DNA of 64,000 bases from Octopus vulgaris (Eukaryota). Every line of letters starts with the position of its first letter. The first letter of the stretch is position 1. The position numbers were made by a program, and so were the translations under genes. The notes below the pieces were generated by a model. That model was not told the DNA's origin. It saw only the letters and a program-made list of their open reading frames with translations, and did no database searches. Positions 26,720 through 37,765 of the stretch are shown here, piece after piece. The stretch lies in assembly GCA_951406725.2 (NCBI GenBank), contig OX597826.1:47120001-47184000 (forward strand), given 5' to 3'.

Positions 26720-26900
26720 TTAATACGGAAGTCGGAGTGTAACTAGAAGCATTTATTAGCACAACAATAGTTTCGGCTTCATAATGCACTGTTCCCTGGC
26801 GGGCGTGGAACGATGTAATGAGCATCGGATGCAACGCACAGTGCAAAAGAGCTGTCTTAGGTGACGTAAGATGCTTCACAAATTCACAGATTTACATTTC
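26720..26900 (-). mobile_element. Short Penelope pseudo-LTR-like element with a degenerate hammerhead-like motif
   Basis: Minus strand: CCTAAGAcagctcttttgcactgt...acagtgcattatgaagcCGAAACtattgttgtgctAATAAA. Confidence 0.45.
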
Positions 26901-27439
26901 AATTTCGCTTCACGCTATATGAAGGATATTCCTAACCACATCCTCTTCACTGTAACAAATGAGTCTGAGCTGCTAGAATCTCTCACCACCGTATTAATCT
27001 TTTAACACCCCCCACACACACATATAACGTTGCTATTATGCAAACGTGTCGTAAGTCTAACACGTTGCTTTTTCAGAAAACGGAAAAATAGTTTCATCCT
27101 TTCATTTCTTTTAACATTAGCAACAGTTTCAGCTTAGCAATAATATTTTATTGGGTGCATAAAATCGTAACTCCATGCATGTATGATATTTTCAGTTAAA
27201 AACATCTTTGCAAAATTGTCGTATGTGGGACTTACTGCATTTTTCAAAAATGCTAAACCGTTGTACTACACTTTGCCAATTTTTATCTCAAACAGCTGGA
27301 GATACGATAGTTTGACAAAGAGAACCGGCTATTGTAAGCATAATTAAATATTGAAAAAACACATTTGGCCAAATTTGGACATATGACAGTTTAACATACT
27401 ATCAACAACATATATATATATGTGTGTGTGTGTGTATGA

Positions 27440-27563
<124 letters not shown>

Positions 27564-28227
27564 ACAAACAATCATATATAAAAAAATCGTGCGTACGGCA
27601 ATACAGACTTTTGTACATGCATGATGGGTTGTATGCATTTATGTACGAAAGGTAGGCATGAATGAATGAAGGAATGAAGGAATGAATGAATGAATGAATG
27701 AATGAATGAATGAACAAATGAATGAATATATCCATATCCCTGTTTCTTTTTAAAATTTGGTTGTGCATCTCTACATCTTTTTATTGAAAAGAGAAGGTGA
27801 CACTCGAACAATATACGTGAAGGCTAAATTTTTTAGTAATACAAGCTAAATCTAGTGTTCCTGGACATATTAATGTCCTAAAACAGGAAGTATACTTTCG
27901 GTAATGTTATTTGAAATGTTTAGAGTGTGGAAAAGAGTGCCGTGAAAAGGGATCAAAAGACTTTGTCGAATTTCTTCAAGTCCCGCCCGACCAACCGTTG
28001 ATCATCAACATGTACAATTACGTATATATATAAAATGATAAAACAAACCAAATGTGTCACCAATTATTTTTTAAGAGATCTGTTTCTCTAATCAGAGGTG
28101 TTATTTTCTATTATTTATTTTTCATTAAATTCTGACTTGCCATTTATATCAAAGTTGTATTAAAATTAATAATGTTCGCATTAATTAACTTCAATTCAAT
28201 ATAAAAGAAAATACTGAGTGCATATTT

Positions 28228-28609
28228 GGAAGCACTCCGTCGGTTACGACGACGAGGGTTCCGGTTGATCCGAATCAACGGAACAGCCTGCTCGTGAAAT
28301 TAACGTGTAAGTGGCTGAGCACTCCACAGACACATGTACCCTTAACGTAGTTCTCGGGGATATTCAGCGTGACACAGAGAGTGACAAGGCCGGCCCTTTG
28401 AAATACAGGTACAACAGAAACAGGAAGTAAGAGTGAGAGAAAGTTATGGTGAAAGAGTACAGCAGGGATCACCACCATCCCCTGCCGGAGCATCGTGGAG
28501 CTTTAGGTGTTTCCGCTCAATAAACACTCACAACGCCCGGTCTGGGAATCGAAACTGCGATCCTATGACCGCGAGTCTGCTGCCCTAACCACTGGGCCAT
28601 TGCGCCTCC
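28228..28609 (-). mobile_element. Full-length tRNA-derived SINE, family A, with perfect 15-bp TSD
   Basis: TSD actgagtgcatattt at 28213-28227 and 28610-28624. Head GGAGGCGCAATGGCCCAGTGGTTAGGGCAGCAGACTCGCGGTC...GTTTCGATTCC with Pol III A- and B-boxes and a TCG anticodon-like triplet (tRNA-Arg-like, as described for octopus OR-type SINEs). Confidence 0.92.
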
Positions 28610-28649
28610 ACTGAGTGCATATTTTATCATGTTAGTATATAGTGCACCA

Positions 28650-28870
28650 TAAGGCGACGAGCAGCCAGAGGCGTTGGCACACCGGCAAAATGCTTGCCAG
28701 CATTTCGTCCGTCTTTGCGTTCTTCGTTCATATTCCACCGAGGTCCACTGTGCCTTTCATTCTTTCGGTGTCTATAAATAAGTATCGGTCAAGCACTGGG
28801 GCGGTGGGAATGTAATCGACTAGCCCTCTGACCAGAACTTTCTAGACTTGTGCCAAAATTAGAAGCCAAT
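28650..28870 (+). mobile_element. SINE family B
   Basis: aaggcgacgagcagccagaggcgttggcacaccggcaaaatgctt...gcctttcattctttcggtgtctataaataagta...cttgtgccaaaattagaagcc. Confidence 0.8.
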
Positions 28871-29079
28871 ATATAGTGTGGCAAAAAGTGTCTTATATTT
28901 TACAAGTTGACATAGTTTCGACAATGCAACTACGATAGACACCGGTACACACATGATGGTGGCTAAAAATGGAAGATGATGAAGCATTAGCTACATAAAA
29001 ACACCATTAGCTTCTACCTTACTTCATCACTGCCCCAGCAATGGTCGTAAACTATATTGGAGATTATTCTGCTGTATTT

Positions 29080-29530
29080 GCATCAAGTCCTTTAATCCTA
29101 GCAGCATATAGAACATCGGCGACTTTTTCTCCACTTTTCTCAACCATGAGCTATTTTTCTACTCCTCTCCATGTAGATCTTTTCTCGATCTCACAACTTT
29201 CTTTCTGATTTTGCAGCATGGCGTCATATGTTTCCCTAAGGGAAGACTTTCCATCCCCAGGCATCATTATTTTATTTATTTATTTATTTATTTATTGAAT
29301 TATCATCGATGCTTCTGTAACTTTGCTTCTCTTTAGATAGGACTGTTACTTCTACACAAACCCATTTTCATCTTTGAGAAGATGTTGTTCGTATTACTTT
29401 AACTTCTATCATTTAACCTGTCCCGTATGGGAGGCCCTACCGGGAGCTTACGCTATGTTGGCATAATTCTCCGCGTCAATGCGGTCCACACGCGCCACCG
29501 TACTGCAACAAGTCCTGGATCTTGTGGTGG
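29080..29530 (-). mobile_element. Internally deleted RTE-clade element (5' UTR-like part joined to 3' end)
   Basis: Minus strand cttgttgcagtacggtggcgcgtg...gagaattatgccaacatagcgtaagctcccggtagggcctcccatacgggacaggt resembles RTE 5' UTRs as I recall them. The distal part ends ...agtggagaaaaagtcgccgatgttctatatgctgctaggattaaaggac, like an RTE ORF end (W..V.ALCA). Confidence 0.5.
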
Positions 29531-30464
29531 CTTTTCTGTGCATCCCATACTTATTTTATTAATCAATCGAACCTCAAAATATCGAATTTATTAAACATAT
29601 CACCTGTTTCTGGTGCCATAAATTTATCGTCTCGATAAATTCTCCGTTGATTGAATAAACAACGTGAATCATAGTTGTGTGTCTTACATAGAAAGAACTT
29701 ATACAGTTTGTATTTTTTCCACTTTCAGACGAAAACCAAATCCCTAAACGTTTCCATCTGCAATTAAGTGTACTGTACGCCATTTTCATCTCTCCTAAAT
29801 ACACTCGTGATGATATCCATATTTGTGGATAATAAACCTGACTGCAAATAGAAATGAAGGTGAAATGAGTTCACTTCGAGTACGTCATCACAATATGGCA
29901 ACTGAAACAAAACAGCGACCAAATCTACCGAATCAATTTGATTTACAAGAAAACCAAAGCTCTATTGTACAAGATTGAATAGACTAATTTTTGTTTCTTT
30001 CAACAGTTATTAAAGCATATATACTCGTAATAGATCTCCGATGTACGTAATATACAAACCAAATTCTTCCTCTGAACTAAAGTATGGTCTGTCTCTTTTC
30101 GATTCAATAAAATTACGGATAATTTTAGTCTATTGTCTGTTTGTCAAAGCAAAAATTCGCTTAATGGGAATTGAACTTCGAGCACTCGAATATTATTGAC
30201 GAGGGCTTTGCAATGAATATATAAATGAATAAATAACGAAATAAATAACGAAATAAATAAAGAAATTTAAATGTTTCTTCATCGTGGAAATTGTCTTTCA
30301 TAGTAGTAGATAATTTATTTTGTTATGTTAAAAACTAACATCTGTTAAATCATTATAATATCATGTGACAATCCGTCGTTTCTGCACAGATAAGATCACC
30401 TTCCTCTTTTAATCTGTAACAGAGTAACGTAGTTTCTTTTCTCCTTTCTCTCTTTTTGTAGTTA

Positions 30465-30750
30465 CGTGAAGGCGTGTGGTCAGTTGATGAGGGGTTGGAC
30501 TCATGGTCATAAGGTCGCAAATCCAATTCCTCGGCACGGATCGTAAGCTGTGTCTTTGAGCAGGGAAGTTCATTTGCTCCGGTGTATGCAGCTGGAAACG
30601 AGTCCCAGCCGCACCAGCCTAGTGCTCGTGCATCCCTTTCTTCCACAAACAAACTACATTCTCAGTGTTCCGCTGAGCCAAAAGGTGAGTGTCACACTAG
30701 ATTCCCTAGATTTGTTAGCAAATACATGTGCATATAAATCGATTAGCAAA
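30465..30750 (+). mobile_element. SINE family A-related, diverged
   Basis: gtgaaggcgtgtggtcagttgatgaggggttggactcatggtcataaggtcgc...gctgtgtctttgagcagg...gtgtcacactagattccctaga. Confidence 0.65.
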
Positions 30751-32464
30751 ATCAGAGTAAACGCTACAATGTGATTACTCGCTTGTGAGTGACGGCTGTA
30801 GTTTAATATTTTTCATCCACAGCGATAGAAGTGATTAATATTAAATATAAAATATTGAGAGACAAAGTCCAATTAAAATATTTTTATACTGTATGTATAA
30901 CAGGTTCTTTCCATCATCAATAGAAGCGTTTCCATTTGTATGATGCATCATTACAGACGTTTAATCTATATTAGACATGAATTTTCTTTAGACTTGTACA
31001 TTAATCGTCTATTATATCGATATATCTGGTGTAAAGATAAGTAATATGATAGAATAGTGATATTAAATATTTATAATTCTAGATGATTCCATTCGGCATA
31101 AATTTATATGCACTTTCTCATAGGAAAAATGATCTTTTACTCCAGTTTGGTAACGATGGAAAATGACATCGTATAATTTTTCTATTACATAGTATAAAGA
31201 TCATCTTCGACCAAAGTAACTAAGATAAAATATCAATATTTGAAAAATATAATCCTTCCAAAATATTAAAATATATAATATTTTTACCACTGAATAGAAA
31301 AAAGGGGGAAAAAAAGACAAAGAAATATAGGGGCTCGAGGAAACGAGTGAAAGTGACAACACTGTACTGACGATGGGAAACTCATCTGAACAGTGAATGG
31401 TCACAATTACTGACTCTAATCAGGTTTTGACGGTTGGCCGGGCAAGATGCTTTGTAACGTGATGAAATAATTCCATTGTATGTCGGATATTGGTTTCATT
31501 TTATATAAGCAGAACAGCAAGAAACAAAATATTACACCACTCAAGATATATTAAAATGCTGTTCAACAGATCAATCTTGGTGGATTAAATAATTAACAGA
31601 GAATTGGCAGCTTTTACTCGTATATAAAGAAACCACATAGAAAACCACTCATTAGCTCGACAACAAAAGTTATTTTTTAAAAGATAATTTACGGTTAGAT
31701 TAGTTTCTGATGCATTACATGTACATACAGACACGTCTGTGTGTGAGTGTGTATGTGCGTACGATTGTGTTTGTGTGTGTATGAAAGCATACACACACAT
31801 ACATATATATGAAGAAAAAGAAACAAATATATGAATAAATAATAGCTTCTTTCCTCTCCCTCTCTCAACTAGTTTCTTCTCTACTACTTCCTATCTCAAT
31901 ATAAACTCACGTTGACAAGCGTGCACCATCAGTTGCAGCCAGTTTCTCAAACAGAATGGCTATAAAACTCTGCTCTTATTATTGTTTCCTCTTGTCATCT
32001 GTACTCGGAAGGAATGTCCAAAACATTCCGAAGCAGTTTCACTGCATTCTTTGTGTCGTTTTTACCAAATGACACAAGTGTTGTCGACCCAATTCACCAT
32101 CATTCTACTTGGATTCTGTTTTATTAGTTATGAAAACAAATAAATAGGTTGATAAATAGTTAGCTAGAACTCCGTATATTTTCACAGCACACATTGAATA
32201 TTGTTGTTGCTGTTGTTCTTTGGCTTATGCAACCAAAAGGCATGCTTCAATGAAGCAGACCTATAACTGAAAATGTTCCTATCATACACATCTTAATTTT
32301 TAATTTGTGTTTTTTTTTTTGTTTTGCTTTTTTCTTCGAAAAGGCATCTCTTATTTTGAGAAATTAGTATGAGAATTGTAGATAATATGACTATCGTTTT
32401 CAGCATGTCAATCAACCACGTAGAAGTTCCATCGTTGTATCGAGAACATTGCAAATGATATAGA

Positions 32465-32690
32465 AGGGGGTGAGCTGGCCGAATCGTTAGCACGCCGGGT
32501 AAAATGCTTAGTGGCATTTCGTTCGTTTCCTCTTGTTGTTCTGAGTTCAAATGCCGCCGAGGTCGACTTAACTTAGACTTTCATCCTCTCGAAGTCGACG
32601 AAATAAGTATCAGTTCATCACTGCATTCACTGTAATCGACTTACCCACTTCCAATGTCATTGCTGGTCTTGTGCCAAAATTTGAAACCTA
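32465..32690 (+). mobile_element. SINE family B
   Basis: gggtgagctggccgaatcgttagcacgccgggtaaaatgcttagtggcatttcg...gagttcaaatgccgccgaggtcgac...ctttcatcctctcgaagtcgac...cttgtgccaaaatttgaaacc. Confidence 0.85.
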
Positions 32691-33329
32691 TAATACAAAG
32701 GATGTAGGAATATAGAAGGATTCCGTTATATAATATTTTGCTTTCCATATCCGTGTCAGAAATAAGTAAATTAGAAATCTTTCCGAGATTATTTTTACTT
32801 TATACAGAACTCATGTTAAATATTCATCACTTTACTAAGATTACAATAAACGTTATAATGGTAATTAAAAACACGCTCAAAGTTTCACGTAAGTAACCCG
32901 AAAATGTAATAAAAAAATATTTTAGAATGTCGTTAATTTTCTCTTAAAACTTCCCGACAGTTTAAGTGTCATTTATGAAACTAAATTCTTTTAGATCCTA
33001 AAACATCACACATTATATTCGGCAGAAATGAAGACTCAAGAAGCTCAACATTTAACTATTATAAGGCAACACGCAACATTATTTGCCTTCAGACTTTATC
33101 ATTTTCTATTTCATGATCATATGATCATATTCGAAATTTCTGACACAGAATATTGACTTTTTCTTTCTCCGCACTTTCCTGTTGAGTTTTTCATTAATAT
33201 ATGTACGCATGCATGTATGTATGTGTAGGTGTGAGTGTGTGTGTGTTTGTGTGTTTGTGTATGTGTGCATGTGACTGTATGTGTATTTATCAGTGAGTGT
33301 AAGTATGTGTATGGTTGAAAGCTTTGTAT

Positions 33330-33369
<40 letters not shown>

Positions 33370-33466
33370 TGACATATACATATGCATATATATATTATAC
33401 ACGTGGACACATATATATCATTATGTGTATATAATATGTACATCAATATATGTATATATATATATA

Positions 33467-33524
<58 letters not shown>

Positions 33525-34822
33525 CATTTACATACATTCACACATAAGTGCTTATAAAGTAGAGATGGCAGCAATATATTCATTTTTAAATACAAGTGAT
33601 GCAGTTCCTACTGGTGGAGGCGGTGAAGGTAGTGGTGAAGGTGGTGGTGAAGGTGGTGGTGAAGGTGATGGTGATGGTGGTAATTGTGGTAATGGCGGCG
33701 CAGTCATAGTAACAGTGTTGATGTTTGTTGAATCTCTGATGATAGAAAATGTTTTTCCTTTTTTCTCTCTGTCTGTCCGTCTGTCTGTCTGTCTCTCTCT
33801 AAATCTTGCTTTAGCTTTTGTTGTTGTCATTATCATTATTGTCGTTGTTGTTGTTGTTATTGTTGCATGTCACTTCCATCTTGTTTCAGAACCGTTCATC
33901 AAATACATTGTAACAAATAGATAGACATAGACTTGCTATGAAGTGCGGCGTAGTCATTATTTTCATTGCAACTAAATTGGAAGGACAGTAGTTTTGACAT
34001 ATTTGCCGACATTCGTAATTAGATCGTGGTCCATCTGCTATGTTAAAATGAGACAGAAAAAGAAAAAAAGAAACACATTATGGTCATCAACTGTAGCTAT
34101 AAAATATATTCAATTTGTGTTTGTTGCAGACATCTGATTCTTGACGAACGCTTAACGAATTTCATTTACTAGCCAATTGATGTTCCAAGAACATGTTTAC
34201 ACAAGAGAATAGCAAGCAGAAAGAAATGGTTTTAAGTAGTTCAGTGCTGACTGGGGAGATAATAAAACCGATTTTACATTCTTCTTTGTGTTATCTTTCT
34301 TGTGTAAGTATTATTTTGTGCGTTCGCTTTGTATACACCTAGCTAAATATATAAATATAAACCTAACAATGCCAAAAAGAGAGAACAATTTTTTTTTTGA
34401 TTTGTATAAAGTTTCGTTCTTATTTAAATATTTGCACTTCGAGGTATTCACGATCTAAACAACTTGAGGTTCAACGTGCTAACAAAACAATTTCTGTGTT
34501 GGTACGTGGCATTTAGAAATAGGAACTATGATCCCTTCAAATCGCACTGTAACGTCTTATAAATAGAGAAGGGCGTTTTGTATTATGTGTCAAAATTTTA
34601 AGATGGCCAGCTCTTATGAGCATAGGTCAGCTTCATCATGAATGACCTGGACATAAACCAACAACACTGAAAAAATCCTGACACCAATTTAACCAGCAAG
34701 GTAACCGTAGCCATTTTATAGCGTTATGCCTACTAGAAACAGCAACCATAATTGTATTGTACCGTCTTGAAAGATACAATGTTTCATATTAAGACTTTCA
34801 ACTGAGAAGAGAAAATGACTTC

Positions 34823-35005
34823 ACTCTTTTACTCTTTACTCTTTTACTTGTTTCCTTGTAAGCTTAGTACTTATTCCATCGGTCTTTTGCCGAACCGCTA
34901 AGTTGTGGGGACGTAAACACACCAGCATCGGTTGTCAAGTGATGTTGGGGAGACAAACACAGACGCACAAACATACACACACACGCACACACACACATGC
35001 ACACA

Positions 35006-35045
<40 letters not shown>

Positions 35046-35133
35046 TACGACGGACGTCTTTCAGGGTGCCACGCAGTGGTACTGAACCCGGAACCATGTG
35101 GTTCATTAGCAAGCTACTTACGATGCATGCCTA
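34823..35133 (-). mobile_element. SINE family C with internal deletions
   Basis: Collinear with 19317-19752. Lacks the 3' stem-loop segment but keeps the (gtaaaaga)n-type tail. Confidence 0.85.
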
Positions 35134-35339
35134 TTACTTTGGTAACTTTTACAAGGAAAGTTACGCGTGGTCAGTTACTCGAAATTATTATTCTCTTTCT
35201 TGAAAAATATATGAACATATTTAAGTATAGGTTAAAGAAAACCTCCATCATTAGCCTTGTCTTCTATTGCGAGCCATATTTCGTGCGTTTGATGCTATAT
35301 TTCTCGTGTCTATACTGCTACATCCAACAACGCTCACTT

Positions 35340-35604
35340 TTACGTGGGTACTACGACTCTTAAGTCATCCTTAAACTTGCCCAAACATGCATCGTCAACA
35401 TGCAACCTATGCAGCACCACTCACCAAAGCTGCATTGAGTCTATTCTATGAATGGGCATATTGAGAGTGTCCTCTAATGGGACCATAACGGCGCTTGTAA
35501 CAAGCGTATCTCAAGTGATCAACAGTGATGATGAGATTCAATATTTGGGACGACCGCGAAAATTCTAGCTAAGTGCCACTCATTTCAAGAGAAGCAATAT
35601 CAAG

Positions 35605-35648
<44 letters not shown>

Positions 35649-36345
35649 TAAGAGTGGCACTTAGCTAGAATTTACATGGTCGTCCAAAATATTGAATCTC
35701 ATCATCTCCGTTGATCACTTTTGGTGAAATCTCATCCTTAACATAACTTCAACCGTTAGCCTTCTTCAGAGCCAAAACATATTTCACCGCCCGACAATTG
35801 CTAACGCTCCACAAAGAGCAATGTCGCCCACAAAAGAGTACTTCTATTTTGGGGATGGTTCTGCGGCTACGTTCAAAGCCCTCTGAAAATCGTCCGGAAA
35901 ATAACCTTTACACTGGCTGGCGATCAATCACAGACATTCTCTAACCTCCAACCCAGAGGCATGCAGTCTCATCAATATATTTTTTCTACCGTTACTATAA
36001 AGATTTATTCTCCTCAGAAGTAGACAATCTCTCACCTTCTCATTTCGAGGGCTCCTGTCACAATGTGCTCTCAATATTTTGACACACTTGTTGTGTCTAG
36101 TCCATCCCTAGTTCCACATTCACCACTCTACTTGGTCCTAATTTCTCTGAACATTACCTTATTGGGATCTCTTCCTGTTCAGGGTTTTCCTTTGTGCATC
36201 GATTTGCAACAGTTTCAACAGAACGTTAACGATATTAACCTCATCAGTTTCGGTGTATCCTCAAACATCATGGTGTAAAACTGGGTTCTTGAGTGTTAAC
36301 AACATTTCTATCTTATTTGTCCTGTCAATGTAAAATGAAATAAAG
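35340..36345 (+). pseudogene. Decayed 3' portion of a second LINE family (CR1-Zenon/jockey-like)
   Basis: Translations FRAKTYFTARQLLTLHKEQCRP (FTxEQLLxLYKAQxRP-like), FFYRYYKDLFSSEVDNLSP and SLPVQGFPLCIDLQQFQQNVNDINL (LWNxLPxxVFPxxYDLxxFKxxVN-like). Confidence 0.7.
35513..35720. repeat. Inverted repeat (about 73-bp arms) enclosing a 20-nt spacer and (CA)n
   Basis: Arms 35513-35585 and 35646-35720 are reverse complements with only a handful of mismatches. Confidence 0.92.
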
Positions 36346-36613
36346 CATCCGTGTGAATTGTGTGCAGGTGGTCTTCTAACGTTACAACTGAAGCAACGTC
36401 CGTGATCTCATTACGTCACGAACAGGATAAAACAAGGCCGAGCTTTAAACCAACAAAATATATTTCCTCTCATAAATCATTTCAAAATATTTACAACCCT
36501 TGTTTCTCATTGTTCATTGTCGCTCAAACATTTTAGAGCAAAGTCAAAACAAATTATTCCTATTAGTATTCGTGAGCAAATGAAAGTTCTCTTGTAAATT
36601 TCGTATAATATCC

Positions 36614-36676
<63 letters not shown>

Positions 36677-36910
36677 TCGGTTTGAATAATAGAATCACTG
36701 TCCAAAGCCTTTGGCGCACCTTCTAGGTTGTAAACAATCATGTATCGCGGGTGTTCACAGCCAATGTTCGGTGGTTTACTGATGAGAGATGGTATTGGCA
36801 GATAGCGAATAGCAAATACATATGTATGTTTGTATGTATGTATGTATTTATGCATGTATGTATTTAAGTATATATGTAGAGTTATGCAAGTATGTATTTA
36901 TGTATATATT

Positions 36911-37063
36911 ACTCTCCTTGTTTTTTCTGTGTCCCTTTCTGTAGAAGAGCGTAGGCTCGAAACGTAAAATACTTTTTCTATTCCTGAGCGTTATACTAAT
37001 ACATCTGTTTGTTTTGTACACCAACTGTCTTCGTCTTTTTTTTCTTTTCGTAAACTCTCCCTA
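36911..37063 (+). mobile_element. Short element, family H1, with hammerhead-like core
   Basis: ctttCTGTAGAAGAGCGTAGGCTCGAAACGTAaaat. Homologous to 1610-1750 and 10262-10440; in a TA/TATG microsatellite context. Confidence 0.78.
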
Positions 37064-37539
37064 TATGTATATATGTATTTATGTATCTATGTATATATGT
37101 ATACATGCTTGTATGCATTCATGCATGTATGCATGTATGTATGTATATATGGATGTATTTATATGTATGTATGTATTTATGTATTTATGTTTATATTTAT
37201 GTATGTATATATATGTATACCTCTGCGTGTAGTTCCAAACCAGGCAGGAGCTAAATATAAGCATAAAGTGTGACTATACAGGCACACCCTTGATAAGGTC
37301 ACAGGCTATGACGAAAGGACACAGAAAAACCTGAAAGATTAAGTGAAAATTTGATTAGCTAAATGCTAATTTCAAATCTCAGTCGGAGCGGTTAGTTTTA
37401 TCTTAGAGCCAGTCATTCCCTCCGCATTGCACAAATTTACTTGTAAATAGTTACATAATACAAGATCACGTGCTTTCTTCGGAAAGACTGTTTCAACAAC
37501 ACATGATGTCAAACGAAGAATATTGCAAAGTAAACACTA

Positions 37540-37765
37540 ATATTGCGGTTCTATATTTAAGAGATGAGGAATTATATACATTATTTACATTTGACGGATA
37601 TTTATCCTCATCTTGTTTGTTGTTAACACAACGTTTTGGCTGATATACCCTCCAGCCTTCGTCAGGTGTCTTGAGGAAATTTCGAACCTGGGTTCTCATT
37701 CCTTAGGTATTTTTTGATGTTATTATTATTCTTATTATTATTCAGGTCACTGCCTGGAATCGGGT
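37540..37765 (-). mobile_element. Short element, family H3 (Penelope pseudo-LTR-like), containing a minimal hammerhead
   Basis: Minus strand ...ccaggcagtgacctgaataataat...aacccaggttcgaaatttcctcaagacacCTGACGAaggctggagggtatatcagccAAAACGTTgtgttaacaac...aaataatgt. Confidence 0.65.
37625..37670 (-). ncRNA. Minimal type I hammerhead ribozyme motif (this copy has G12 to A)
   Basis: Helix I GACAC/GTGTT; core CTGACGA; helix II GGCTG/CAGCC; AAAA in place of GAAA; palindromic ACGT in place of helix III; GUU cleavage triplet. Confidence 0.65.

Noticed and set aside
28535-28609. tRNA-Arg gene
   Set aside because: No complete acceptor stem or oligo-T terminator; it continues into a SINE body bounded by TSDs.
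31360-31395. SECIS element
   Set aside because: Only about 7 nt separate the GA quartet from the AAA loop (11-12 expected), the core begins CUGA rather than AUGA, and no selenoprotein CDS is visible. Kept only as a k-turn candidate.
33552-33836. Pro-rich and Gly-rich ORFs resembling extensin or formin
   Set aside because: They arise from a short (GGTGGTGAAGGT)n low-complexity repeat among other microsatellites.
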